From NCBI GenBank assembly GCA_965202785.1, contig OZ241855.1, forward strand, positions 1,568,001 to 1,632,000: DNA of 64,000 nt. Direction: 5' to 3'. The notes under the pieces are model-generated. The model saw nothing but the letters and a program-made list of their open reading frames with translations, made no database searches and was not told the origin of the DNA. Below, piece after piece: positions 1 to 9,286 of this stretch. Source of the DNA: Thermodesulfobacteriota bacterium. Its GTDB lineage: Bacteria; Desulfobacterota_D; UBA1144; Nemesobacterales; Nemesobacteraceae. Positions within the stretch are counted from its first letter, which is position 1; each line of letters begins with the position of its first letter. The position numbers were made by a program, and so were the translations under genes.

Positions 1-1
1 C

Positions 2-652
2 CTGCTTGCCTTCATTCTCTGCTTCCTCTCTCGGGAGGGAAAGTTCAGGGTATCGGAGAAATCCATTTTCAGTGGCTTTTTCGACGTTGTTTTTTCCCCG
101 AGGTTCCGTGTGCTTCTGCTGACCAACCTCATAATTGCCGTGGGACTTGGAAGCATGCTTAATTTCTTCTCCGTTTTTCTTGAGGAAAACGGAATTCATG
201 TATGGAGCTTTTTTCTTACATATTCCGTAACCGTCATATTAATCAGAGTCCTGGGCGGGAAGCTCCCGGATATTGTCGAGAGAAGAAAAATAGCCCTGCC
301 GTCAATGCTTATCATGGTTTCGTCCCTGCTGATGATCTTTTCCATAAACTCCACTTTGAGCGCTGTTCTGGTTTCTTTTGTCTTCAGCCTGGGTTACGGA
401 ATTCTCTATCCCACCATAAGCGCGATGATTATCGACAGGGCGCTTGATGATGAAAGGGGAACGGCTATGGGCGCGTTTAACATGTCATTTAGCATCGGCA
501 TAAACTTTTTTGCCTTCGCTCTCGGACTCATAGCGCGTGATTACGGTTTTTCGAACATGTATTCGGTAACGGGAATATTCATGTTTGCGGGGTGCATTAT
601 CTTTACCTATAAATATTTTATAAGTGCAGGGAGGGCGAACCGTCTTTCATGA
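2..652 (+). CDS. MFS transporter (5'-truncated by window edge)
   Basis: Frame is open from position 2; multiple TM helices; MFS loop motif GGKLPDIVERR and DERGTAMG. Confidence 0.85.
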   Translation: MLAFILCFLSREGKFRVSEKSIFSGFFDVVFSPRFRVLLLTNLIIAVGLGSMLNFFSVFLEENGIHVWSFFLTYSVTVILIRVLGGKLPDIVERRKIALPSMLIMVSSLLMIFSINSTLSAVLVSFVFSLGYGILYPTISAMIIDRALDDERGTAMGAFNMSFSIGINFFAFALGLIARDYGFSNMYSVTGIFMFAGCIIFTYKYFISAGRANRLS

Positions 653-1440
653 AAATAAAATCCGGCGATACCATTCTCCTCGTTTCACCTGACAACAAAA
701 GCTTCATGGTGGTGGTGGAAGAGGGCAAGTCCTTCAGCTCTCACATGGGAATACTCGACCTTTCGTCCGCGCTGGGAAAGAAATGGGGAGAGACGATAGT
801 TTCAAACCTTGGAAACAATTTTGTGCTTCTTAACCCGACTGTGGAACAGAAAATCATGAAAGTGAGAAGGGCTACCCAGATCGTTTATCCAAAGGATGCG
901 GCCTTGATTCTCTTTAAAACGGACGTTAGGGCGGGAACCAGGGTTGTTGAAGCCGCGACCGGTTCGGGAGCCCTTACCATTGCGCTTGCGAATTCGGTGG
1001 CCCCTTCCGGAAAAGTCTATACGTACGAGAAAAGAGAACAGTTCATGAATAATGCCAAAGACAACGTACGACGGGCGGGACTTTCTGAATACGTGGAATT
1101 TAACTGTGGCGATGCCAGAGAAGGTTTTAAGGAAAGAGAAGTCGACGTCGCGATACTTGATCTCCCTTCTCCATGGTATGGAATTCCAGCGGCTTACGAG
1201 GCTCTTGCCTCCGGAGGGAGAATCGCAAGCATTTCCCCAACATACAACCAGGTGGAAAGAACGGCCGAATCGCTTGAGGAAACGGGTTTTGTGAGAATCG
1301 AAACGGTTGAGCTTATAATGAGGAACTATCAGGTGAAAAAGGGGAAAACCCGCCCGGATAACAGAACCGTGGCACACACAGGATTTCTTACCTTCGCCTT
1401 CAAGGGAATAAGCGATGTTGAGGCTCGCGAATCAGAATGA
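649..1440 (+). CDS. trmI: tRNA (adenine58-N1)-methyltransferase
   Basis: RRATQIVYPKD, EAATGSGALT SAM motif, LDLPSPW, HTGFL: GCD14/TrmI signatures. Confidence 0.92.
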   Translation: MKIKSGDTILLVSPDNKSFMVVVEEGKSFSSHMGILDLSSALGKKWGETIVSNLGNNFVLLNPTVEQKIMKVRRATQIVYPKDAALILFKTDVRAGTRVVEAATGSGALTIALANSVAPSGKVYTYEKREQFMNNAKDNVRRAGLSEYVEFNCGDAREGFKEREVDVAILDLPSPWYGIPAAYEALASGGRIASISPTYNQVERTAESLEETGFVRIETVELIMRNYQVKKGKTRPDNRTVAHTGFLTFAFKGISDVEARESE

Positions 1441-2099
1441 CTAATGAACGACTTCTTATAGAAGGCGCAGATCAAATAGGCATTAAAGACATCAGAACCG
1501 ACCTTTTCCTCTCTTATGTTGATCTGCTAGGCAGGTGGGGCAGGCGCATAAACCTGAGTTCGGTTCTCACTGACCGGGAAATCATAATCAAGCACCTGAT
1601 TGATTCCCTTACAGTGGCTGAATTCATGCCTCCCGGCTCAAGGGTGATTGATATAGGAACGGGGGCCGGTTTTCCCGGAATTCCGCTTTATATCTACGAT
1701 CCGTCCCTTAACCTTACGCTTCTCGAGTCGGTTGGAAAGAAAGTTGCTTTTTTAAAGGACGTGAAAAGATCTCTGGGACTCAACGGCATTGATATTCACC
1801 ATGGGAGAGCCGAGGAAGTGGATAGAGGGATGGGAGGGGCTTTTGACCGGATTACGTCCCGAGCTCTTGGGAGCGTTAGTACTGTCGTGGCTCTCGGTAC
1901 TCCTTATCTGGATATAGAAGGGGAGATGGTTATAATGAAGGGACCCCGGGGAAAGAAGGAATGGAAAAGTTACGCGGACCGGTATCCGGAAGACATGGAA
2001 CTTCTTCTGACAAAAGAACTTGAACTGCCTTTTTCAGGTGAGAAAAGGGTGATCATCGTCGCAAAGCCGATATCTCAGCAGATGGAGACGGAAGTTTGA
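1437..2099 (+). CDS. rsmG: 16S rRNA (guanine527-N7)-methyltransferase
   Basis: KHLIDSL, DIGTGAGFPGIPL, GRAEE, SRAL, MKG motifs. Confidence 0.93.
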   Translation: MTNERLLIEGADQIGIKDIRTDLFLSYVDLLGRWGRRINLSSVLTDREIIIKHLIDSLTVAEFMPPGSRVIDIGTGAGFPGIPLYIYDPSLNLTLLESVGKKVAFLKDVKRSLGLNGIDIHHGRAEEVDRGMGGAFDRITSRALGSVSTVVALGTPYLDIEGEMVIMKGPRGKKEWKSYADRYPEDMELLLTKELELPFSGEKRVIIVAKPISQQMETEV

Positions 2100-2950
2100 A
2101 AACCATAGGAGTAATAGGCGGAAGCGGTCTTTATGAAATCGAGGGGATTTCGGACGTTAAAACCGTTTCCGCGGAGACTCCATGGGGCAAACCCTCTTCA
2201 AGCCTGCTTACAGGAACCCTCGGCGGCGTGCGAATGGTTTTTCTTCCAAGGCACGGAACAGGACACACGGTATCCCCGTCTGAGATAAACTTCCGGGCGA
2301 ATATATACGCAATGAAGGCTATGGGAGTCGAGTGGATTATATCTGTAAGTGCCGTGGGCAGCTTGAAGGAGGAAATAGAACCGGGGCACATAGTGATACC
2401 TGATCAGTTCATTGACAACACCAAGCGGAGGCCTTCCACGTTCTTTGAAGGCGGTATAGTAGCCCACGTTTCAATGGCCGATCCGGTGTGCTCCGTGCTA
2501 TCGGGCTGCCTGCGGGAAGCATCGCTTGACTTCGGCGGGACGACCCACTCGGGAGGAACTTACGTCTGCATAGAGGGTCCTCAGTTCTCTACCAGGGCGG
2601 AGAGCCACCTGTACAGAAAATGGGGAGCGGACATAATAGGAATGACCGCAATGCCGGAAGCGAAACTTGCCAGGGAAGCCGAGATCTGCTATTCCACAAT
2701 AGCCCTTTGCACCGATTATGACTGCTGGAATGAAGACCATGACGACGTCATTGTTTCGGACATAATTGAAATCATGAATAAAAACGTTGAAGCGGCAAAA
2801 AAAATAGTGGCTGCCGTAGTTGATGCTATCCCTGAAGAAAGAGAATGTCCTTGCGGGGATGCCCTGGGTCACTCTATAATAACGTCCTCTGACTGCGTAA
2901 CCGAAGAAACCAGGGACAGGTTTGAACTTATTGTGAAAAAATACATGTAG
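2096..2950 (+). CDS. mtnP: S-methyl-5'-thioadenosine phosphorylase
   Basis: IGGSGLY, FLPRHG, EGPQFSTRAES, GMTAMPEAKLAREAE, TDYDCW. Confidence 0.93.
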   Translation: MKTIGVIGGSGLYEIEGISDVKTVSAETPWGKPSSSLLTGTLGGVRMVFLPRHGTGHTVSPSEINFRANIYAMKAMGVEWIISVSAVGSLKEEIEPGHIVIPDQFIDNTKRRPSTFFEGGIVAHVSMADPVCSVLSGCLREASLDFGGTTHSGGTYVCIEGPQFSTRAESHLYRKWGADIIGMTAMPEAKLAREAEICYSTIALCTDYDCWNEDHDDVIVSDIIEIMNKNVEAAKKIVAAVVDAIPEERECPCGDALGHSIITSSDCVTEETRDRFELIVKKYM

Positions 2951-2958
2951 AGGTCTGA

Positions 2959-3861
2959 ATGAGTATTGTCGTTGTAGGGTCAGTAGGAATTGACACCATA
3001 GAAACCCCTTTTGGAAGAGAAGAAAATGTTCTCGGCGGATCCGCCTGTTATTTCTCTCTGGCGGCCCGGAACTTTACGGATGTTCACATGGTCTCCTCCG
3101 TTGGAGAAGATTTTCCCCCAGCCCATTCCGAGCTGCTTCGCTCAAGGGGCATTGATACGGAGGGAGTAGCGGTCAGTGAAGGAGAAACCTTCAGATGGGA
3201 AGGCAGGTACGAGTATGACATGAAGGATCCCGAAACCGTCTCAGTCACCCTTGGTGTTCTGGGATCGTTTGATCCCGTGGTTCCCGAGAAGTCCAGAGAT
3301 GCCAACTATCTTTTCCTGGCCAACACGGATCCTGAGATTCAGATGAAGGTCCTTGAGCAGGTGAGCTCGCCCCGTGTCGTGGCCTGCGACACCATGAATT
3401 TCTGGATAGACAACAAAGTGGAGCAACTTAAAGAACTCCTTGGCAGAGTCAATATTCTCATAATAAACGACTCTGAAGCAAGGCAGCTATCCGAAGAACC
3501 ATTGATGGCCAGAGCGGCGAGAAAGATAATGGACATGGGACCGGAATTCCTGATCGTGAAAAGAGGGGAGTACGGGGCCTTGCTTTTTTCCCGGGAGGAC
3601 CTGTTCTTCGCCCCCAGCTACATGCTTGAGCAGGTGCTTGACCCGACTGGAGCGGGGGACACTTTTGCCGGGGGATTCATGGGTTACGTAGCGTCTCGAG
3701 GTAAGGATCTTGACTTTGCCGGTTTTAAAAAAGGGGTTGCCTACGGAAGCGTTCTGGCTTCCTTTACGGTTGAGGATTTCAGCGTAAGACGTCTTGGTTC
3801 GCTGCAGAAAGAGGAAATAGAGCGAAGATACGAAGAGTTTCTGAAACTCTCAAGCATGTAG
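2959..3861 (+). CDS. PfkB-family carbohydrate/nucleoside kinase
   Basis: LGGSA N-terminal motif and DPTGAGDTFAGG PfkB signature; follows mtnP. Confidence 0.9.
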   Translation: MSIVVVGSVGIDTIETPFGREENVLGGSACYFSLAARNFTDVHMVSSVGEDFPPAHSELLRSRGIDTEGVAVSEGETFRWEGRYEYDMKDPETVSVTLGVLGSFDPVVPEKSRDANYLFLANTDPEIQMKVLEQVSSPRVVACDTMNFWIDNKVEQLKELLGRVNILIINDSEARQLSEEPLMARAARKIMDMGPEFLIVKRGEYGALLFSREDLFFAPSYMLEQVLDPTGAGDTFAGGFMGYVASRGKDLDFAGFKKGVAYGSVLASFTVEDFSVRRLGSLQKEEIERRYEEFLKLSSM

Positions 3862-3869
3862 AAGAGAAA

Positions 3870-4133
3870 TCAGCTCAGGGACTTTACGTATTTCATTCGG
3901 ATGTTGTAAATCATGTCGTCAAGGAGTTGCTTTTCCTCTTCCGTCAGGTTCCCTTCGGTTTTTTCCGCGAGTATCTCAAGTATGGTTATGGTGTGCTTGG
4001 CGGCCGGAATGTTAACTTCTCTTTTTTTTGAGTGGGGGTCGGGAATTTCACCCAAGTGAATGAGGGCCGAGGCGTTTAACGAGAGAATAAACCCCGAAAA
4101 GTCCATCTTTAATTCGTCTTTTTCACCGCTCAC
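3870..4133 (-). CDS. DUF1844 family protein
   Basis: ALIHLGEIPDP...AKHTI...KTEGNLTEEE...RMKYV pattern. Confidence 0.85.
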   Translation of the reverse strand: MSGEKDELKMDFSGFILSLNASALIHLGEIPDPHSKKREVNIPAAKHTITILEILAEKTEGNLTEEEKQLLDDMIYNIRMKYVKSLS

Positions 4134-4180
4134 GATAAACCACTCTCCTTGCAGGTAAGTTCTTAACGTCGTTGGATCAA

Positions 4181-5128
4181 TTATAGATACTGGAGAAGTT
4201 TTTTTCTAGGGTCGTAGGGATATTTCTCTTTAAACTCGTCCATGAGTTTTTTCACGTGCTCACCGGATTCCTCCGGCATTGCTATCTGGACAACTACGAA
4301 CTGGTCTCCCCGTCTGCCGGTCTTGGGATTTCTCACTCCCTTTTCCCTGAGCCTCATTTTCGTGCCGCTTCCCACGCCTGGCGGGATAGTAAGTTTTACA
4401 GGACTCTCTATGGTCGGCACATCGATCAGCGTTCCCAGGGCCGCCTCATAGACCGTCAGCGGAACATCAATATATATATCGTCGTTCTCTCTTTTGAAAA
4501 CAGGATGGGAGAGGACCTTTATTTCGAGAATAAGATCTCCGGCCATGGAATTTATTTGTTCGCCCTTGCCCGGCAATCTTACCTTGGAACCGGTTTTTAC
4601 TCCCGCCGGAATCTTGACCGTTATTTTCTTGGTTCCGCCCTCCGGGGACTTAACCAGAAGCTCTTTCTCTCCCCCTTTTACCGCGGTTTCAAAATCAAGG
4701 GTTACGGTATGCTGGATGTTTTTCGGTCTTCTCGGCTGCTGTCGCACGTTGCTGAAATCAAAAACATCTCCGAAATTCCCCCTCGCTCCACCCATGCCGT
4801 ACGCCCCGCCCCCCTGCGAAAAAATATCTTTGAAGATTTCGTCTATGTCCGGAAACCCTCGTGAATACTGCCTGTAGCTTCCTCCACCTGCTCTCTGCCC
4901 GCCAAAACCGCTTGTCCCGAACATGTCGTAAGTCTTTTTCTTCTCGGGATCGGAGAGGGTTTCGTAAGCGAGCTGAATTTCCTTGAACTTCTCCTCGGAC
5001 GCTTTGTCCCCCTGATTCATATCGGGGTGGTGTTTTCTCGCGAGGTCTCTGTACGCTTTTTTTATCTGGTCCTGCGTTGCGCTTCGCGGTACGCCGAGTA
5101 CGGTGTAAGGATCTTTTTCCGCGTTCAT
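4181..5128 (-). CDS. DnaJ/CbpA-type J-domain co-chaperone (no Zn finger)
   Basis: J domain with HPD motif, G/F-rich linker and DnaJ_C domains; no CxxCxGxG repeats. Confidence 0.9.
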   Translation of the reverse strand: MNAEKDPYTVLGVPRSATQDQIKKAYRDLARKHHPDMNQGDKASEEKFKEIQLAYETLSDPEKKKTYDMFGTSGFGGQRAGGGSYRQYSRGFPDIDEIFKDIFSQGGGAYGMGGARGNFGDVFDFSNVRQQPRRPKNIQHTVTLDFETAVKGGEKELLVKSPEGGTKKITVKIPAGVKTGSKVRLPGKGEQINSMAGDLILEIKVLSHPVFKRENDDIYIDVPLTVYEAALGTLIDVPTIESPVKLTIPPGVGSGTKMRLREKGVRNPKTGRRGDQFVVVQIAMPEESGEHVKKLMDEFKEKYPYDPRKKLLQYL

Positions 5129-5413
5129 GAAGATAAAAACTCCGATTTTCTCATGCTCAATATAATAATACTTGAGATTAAAGGAAATTGATCAGGGATT
5201 TATATACTGGCTGCCCGCAGGATGTACCCTTTTTTTGGCTGTTGTGCCAGATTGCATTCGAGGAGTATTAAAGTAAGGGTCACGAAACGGAAGACAGGCG
5301 AGAAAATACGAGATCCCATAAGGAAGTTCAAACAATGAAAGAAGGGGAAACCCTTCTCTCAGCGGGAAAGCCGGCGTCTGATCGCACGAGCCGGCTTTGT
5401 TCAAAGTAGTACA

Positions 5414-6361
5414 GTGATGAGCAAGAAGAAAACTGTCGCCGTGACGGGCGCGGCCGGGTTCATCGGCTCAAGGCTGGTGGAGAGACTGGCGCAATCAGAC
5501 CATGTGGACAGCGTTATAGCGCTTGACTGTCTCCCGCTAGACATATCCCATCCGAAAGTCACGGCATTCAAGAAGGACATCCGGGAGTCCATTGCGGACA
5601 TTTTGCGAAAGCACCAGGTTGACGCGGTTATTCACTTGGCCTTTCTCTTGCGGCCCGGACATGACCGCAAGGCAGCGCACAGGGTGAATGTCAGCGGCAC
5701 GGCCCAGGTGATACATGACTGCTGGGCTGCCGGCATAAAACACCTTGTCTACCTCAGCAGCACCACTGTGTACGGTGCCCGTTCCGGGGCCGAGCAGCCA
5801 TATACCGAGGAATCGCCCGTCAGGCCCGTCCGGGGATTTCAGTACGCCGAGAACAAGGCCGCAGCGGAGCTCAAGCTTAGAACATTCGCAATGAACAGTC
5901 CCAGCTCCCGCGTCACCATACTGCGGGGGTGCACGGTAATGGCGCCCCAGTGCGAGAACTTCGTTACTGATGTCTTTTTCAGGCTGGCGAGCGTCCGCGT
6001 TCTCGGTGCCGATCCGCAGATGCAGTTTATCCATCTCGACGACCTGCTCGACGCCTTTGAACTGTGTCTGCTGAAGCCTGCCTGCGGGGTGTTCAACATC
6101 ACGGGAGAGGGGACCGTTGCCTATAGCGAGATTGCGAGCATTGCGGGTAGACGCTCGATTACCCTTCCGGCGTCGCTTCTCGCGGCCATCACGTGGGTAA
6201 CATGGATGCTGCGGCTGCAAAGCGATTCTCCCGCGTGCGGGATCGAGTACGCGAGATGGCCGTGGGTGGCCAGCAACGAGAAGCTTAGACGAGAAACCGG
6301 GTTCCGCCCAAAACACACTTCCCGGGAAGCGCTGATGAGCTCGGTGCTGGCAAACAGTTAA
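5414..6361 (+). CDS. NAD-dependent epimerase/dehydratase (extended SDR)
   Basis: VTGAAGFIG Rossmann motif, SSTTVYG, YAENK (YxxxK). Confidence 0.9.
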   Translation: MMSKKKTVAVTGAAGFIGSRLVERLAQSDHVDSVIALDCLPLDISHPKVTAFKKDIRESIADILRKHQVDAVIHLAFLLRPGHDRKAAHRVNVSGTAQVIHDCWAAGIKHLVYLSSTTVYGARSGAEQPYTEESPVRPVRGFQYAENKAAAELKLRTFAMNSPSSRVTILRGCTVMAPQCENFVTDVFFRLASVRVLGADPQMQFIHLDDLLDAFELCLLKPACGVFNITGEGTVAYSEIASIAGRRSITLPASLLAAITWVTWMLRLQSDSPACGIEYARWPWVASNEKLRRETGFRPKHTSREALMSSVLANS

Positions 6362-6483
6362 TTCCCATTGCCTTCATTCCGCAATCATAGTCTTCATATA
6401 CATGATTGAAAAACTGCCTGTATTCCTGATGGGAACCAATTGGCAACTTCTTTAAAACTGGCGAGGGTGGTTAAATTTGCCGG

Positions 6484-7530
6484 TCAGTCCTCTATGGATT
6501 CGAGTATCCTGTCCGCAATCTCAAAAAAGGACTTTGCGGCCGCACTTTCCGGATCAGACTCCACGATGGGGGTTCCGTTATCCCCACCGATTCTTATCCG
6601 CGGATCGATTGGGATTTCTCCAAGAAACGGAACTTCAAACCTCTCCGCCATACGTCTCCCTCCACCCCTGCCGAATATGTCTATCTTGCCGTCTACATCG
6701 GGCATATCCAGATAGCTCATATTCTCCACTATGCCGAGAATAGGGATATTCAGTTTGTTAAACATCAGAATCCCTCTTCTTACGTCCACCAGTGCTACGT
6801 CCTGGGGAGTGGTTACTATAACTCCTCCGCTTATCGGGGCCGTCTGCGCCAGAGAAAGCTGGGCGTCCCCGGTACCTGGAGGAAGGTCAATTACCAGGTA
6901 ATCCGTTCCGCTCCACTCAACGTCCTCGATAAACTGCTTTATCGCTCCATGCACCATGGGACCTCTCCATATCACAGCGTCTTCCTCGTTCACGAGGAAA
7001 CCGATGGACATTACCTTGAGGCCGAATTTTTCTATGGGAACGATCTTGTCATCGGTGGTTGCGCGGGGTTTTTCGCTTATCCCCATCATCAAAGGAGCGC
7101 TCGGTCCCCAGATATCGGCATCCATAAGCCCGACTTTCTGTCTTTTCTTTGAGATTGCCAGGGAGAGGTTGGTCGCTATTGTTGACTTGCCGACTCCTCC
7201 TTTGCCGCTCGCGACGGCTATGTAGTACTTTATGTCGGGAAGCTTGCTTTTTTCACTGCCCGCGTCGGCAGTTATCTGCTTCTGCGGTCGCGAGCCGATC
7301 TTCATCGAGAGGTCCTCGACTCCGGGTATGCCGAAGATGGCTTTCCTGACTTCTTCCTCGATTGCGGACTGAAGCTTCTGGTCGGGCTTGGGAAGTACTA
7401 TGGAGAGCGTTACCTTCGAATCCTCCACGACAATGTCCTTTACGAGTCCGAAGGACACTATATCCCGGTTAAATCCCGGATACTTAACACCCTTAAGAAT
7501 TTTTATTATCCGTTCTCTGTTTAGTTCCAC
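6484..7530 (-). CDS. apbC: Mrp/ApbC (NBP35) Fe-S carrier ATPase
   Basis: N-terminal DUF59-like domain, SGKGGVGKST, WRGPM, DLPPGTGD, VENMS. Confidence 0.92.
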   Translation of the reverse strand: MELNRERIIKILKGVKYPGFNRDIVSFGLVKDIVVEDSKVTLSIVLPKPDQKLQSAIEEEVRKAIFGIPGVEDLSMKIGSRPQKQITADAGSEKSKLPDIKYYIAVASGKGGVGKSTIATNLSLAISKKRQKVGLMDADIWGPSAPLMMGISEKPRATTDDKIVPIEKFGLKVMSIGFLVNEEDAVIWRGPMVHGAIKQFIEDVEWSGTDYLVIDLPPGTGDAQLSLAQTAPISGGVIVTTPQDVALVDVRRGILMFNKLNIPILGIVENMSYLDMPDVDGKIDIFGRGGGRRMAERFEVPFLGEIPIDPRIRIGGDNGTPIVESDPESAAAKSFFEIADRILESIED

Positions 7531-7544
7531 GCGGAAAGTTCCCC

Positions 7545-7949
7545 CTAAGCGATACCCAGTTTCTTTTTTCCTTCCTCGGATATCATGTCGGGGTTCCAGG
7601 GAGGGTCCCAGATTACCTCTATAAGAACGTTATCTGCTCCCGCGTTTTTAAGGGCCATTTCAGCCTGGCCCGCTATCTGTGCTCCCATGGAGCACCCCGG
7701 GGTGGTAAGGGTCATCTTGATTTGAACGTTCCGCCCGGAAATTTTGGTGTCGTAAATAAGTCCGAGATCCACTATGCTCACGGGAAGTTCGGGGTCGTAC
7801 ACATCCTTAAGAGCGCCGTAGACCGTCTCTTCCGTTATTTCGCGGCTGTCTTCGGGTTTTTCCTTCTTTTCAAACTTGGTAAAAGACACAGAGCTTTTAT
7901 CCTTGGAAGAACCGCCCCTGTCTATCTGGATTATCTTTTTCATCCCCAT
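7545..7949 (-). CDS. DUF59/SufT-like metal-sulfur cluster assembly factor
   Basis: VYDPELPVSIVDLGLIY, MTLTTPGC, WDPPW motifs. Confidence 0.88.
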   Translation of the reverse strand: MGMKKIIQIDRGGSSKDKSSVSFTKFEKKEKPEDSREITEETVYGALKDVYDPELPVSIVDLGLIYDTKISGRNVQIKMTLTTPGCSMGAQIAGQAEMALKNAGADNVLIEVIWDPPWNPDMISEEGKKKLGIA

Positions 7950-8063
7950 AGTTTGCCTCCTGATTTTCTCTTTATTGATAACTATGAAAAACTTGTTGAG
8001 TTGGCTTTTCTCTATGCCGCCTAGATTGCTTCTTATACTTTGCCGAACTCTTCAAAAGAAATA

Positions 8064-8079
8064 AATACCCCGGGGTATT
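8064..8079. promoter_or_regulatory. Perfect 16-bp palindrome, CsoR/RcnR-like operator candidate
   Basis: AATACCCCGGGGTATT in the divergent sufT/ispG intergenic region. Confidence 0.45.
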
Positions 8080-8124
8080 AGCCGAGTTAAAATCTTTTAA
8101 GCATGCATTAAGCCTTACGCTTTC

Positions 8125-8153
8125 TTGACACTATAATAACTATTCAATAGCAT
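8125..8153 (+). promoter_or_regulatory. sigma70-like promoter of ispG
   Basis: TTGACA-17 nt-TAGCAT, 12 nt before the ATG. Confidence 0.5.
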
Positions 8154-8165
8154 TTTCCGCAAGTT

Positions 8166-9224
8166 ATGAGGCAATCCCGGCAGATATCAATCGGCGACGT
8201 GAAAATAGGCGGGGGAGCTCCCGTGTCGGTCCAGTCAATGACTATCACCGATACAAGAGACGTCGCGTCAACGGTTTCCCAGATAAAAAGACTTGAGGAG
8301 GCAGGCTGTGACATCGTCAGGGTCGCCGTTCCCGACATGGATGCCGCAAAGGCTCTGGGAGCGATAAGAAAAGAGATAAGAATTCCCCTTGTCTCGGACA
8401 TACACTTTGATTACAGACTGGCCCTTGAATCAATAAGACAGGGAGTCGACGGGATGAGAATAAATCCCGGGAACATCGGCGCCAGGTACAGAATAAAGGC
8501 CGTGGTTGACGCCTGCAGGGAAAGAAGAATTCCCATAAGAATAGGCGTGAATTCAGGCTCTCTTGAAAAAGACATACTAAAAAAGCACAAACATCCGACG
8601 GCTGAGGCCCTGGTTGAAAGCGCAATGAGACATGTGCAGATACTTGAGGACCTTGATTTTCTCGACATGAAGATTTCGGTTAAGTCCACCGACGTGAAGA
8701 AAATGATCACCGCATACAGAATGCTTGCGGACGAGACCGAATACCCGCTCCATCTCGGAGTTACCGAGGCGGGGACTCCGGGAATGGGAACGGTGAAATC
8801 CGCCATAGGAATCGGAGCGCTTCTCGCTGAAGGGATAGGTGACACGATAAGGGTGTCTTTAACAGGTGATCCGGTGGAGGAGATAGTTGTCGGAATGAAC
8901 ATACTGAGGTCCCTTGGAATGAGGAACAACGGAATTGAGCTTATCTCATGTCCGGGGTGCGGGCGACTTGAAATAGATCTTGAGAAGCTGGTTTCGGAAG
9001 TTGAGCAGGGTGTTTCCGGTTTTAACCTTCCAAGACCGGTTAAAGTCGCCATACTGGGTTGCGTTGTTAACGGACCGGGTGAAGCCGCGGAAGCCGATAT
9101 TGGAATAGCGGGGGGAAGGGGAAAAGGAATGCTCTATCGGGACGGAAAACTGATAAAATCTTTCAGAGAAGCCGATTTGGTCGGGGAACTTGTCAAGGAA
9201 ATAGAGAGAAACTACGTCAACTGA
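8166..9224 (+). CDS. ispG: 4-hydroxy-3-methylbut-2-en-1-yl diphosphate synthase
   Basis: VQSMT, DIHFDY, RINPGNIG, HLGVTEAG, CPGCGR...GCVVNGPGEA. Confidence 0.97.
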   Translation: MRQSRQISIGDVKIGGGAPVSVQSMTITDTRDVASTVSQIKRLEEAGCDIVRVAVPDMDAAKALGAIRKEIRIPLVSDIHFDYRLALESIRQGVDGMRINPGNIGARYRIKAVVDACRERRIPIRIGVNSGSLEKDILKKHKHPTAEALVESAMRHVQILEDLDFLDMKISVKSTDVKKMITAYRMLADETEYPLHLGVTEAGTPGMGTVKSAIGIGALLAEGIGDTIRVSLTGDPVEEIVVGMNILRSLGMRNNGIELISCPGCGRLEIDLEKLVSEVEQGVSGFNLPRPVKVAILGCVVNGPGEAAEADIGIAGGRGKGMLYRDGKLIKSFREADLVGELVKEIERNYVN

Positions 9225-9286
9225 ACTGAAACCCCCGCGAAATTGCTTCCCAGCTGAATTCAAATCACTTTAAAGGAGAAAAACGG

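Noticed and set aside
5180-5410. Riboswitch/ncRNA upstream of the epimerase
   Set aside because: Only short hairpins (GAAGGGGAAACCCTTC; AAAGCCGGC...GCCGGCTTT); no recognisable family consensus.
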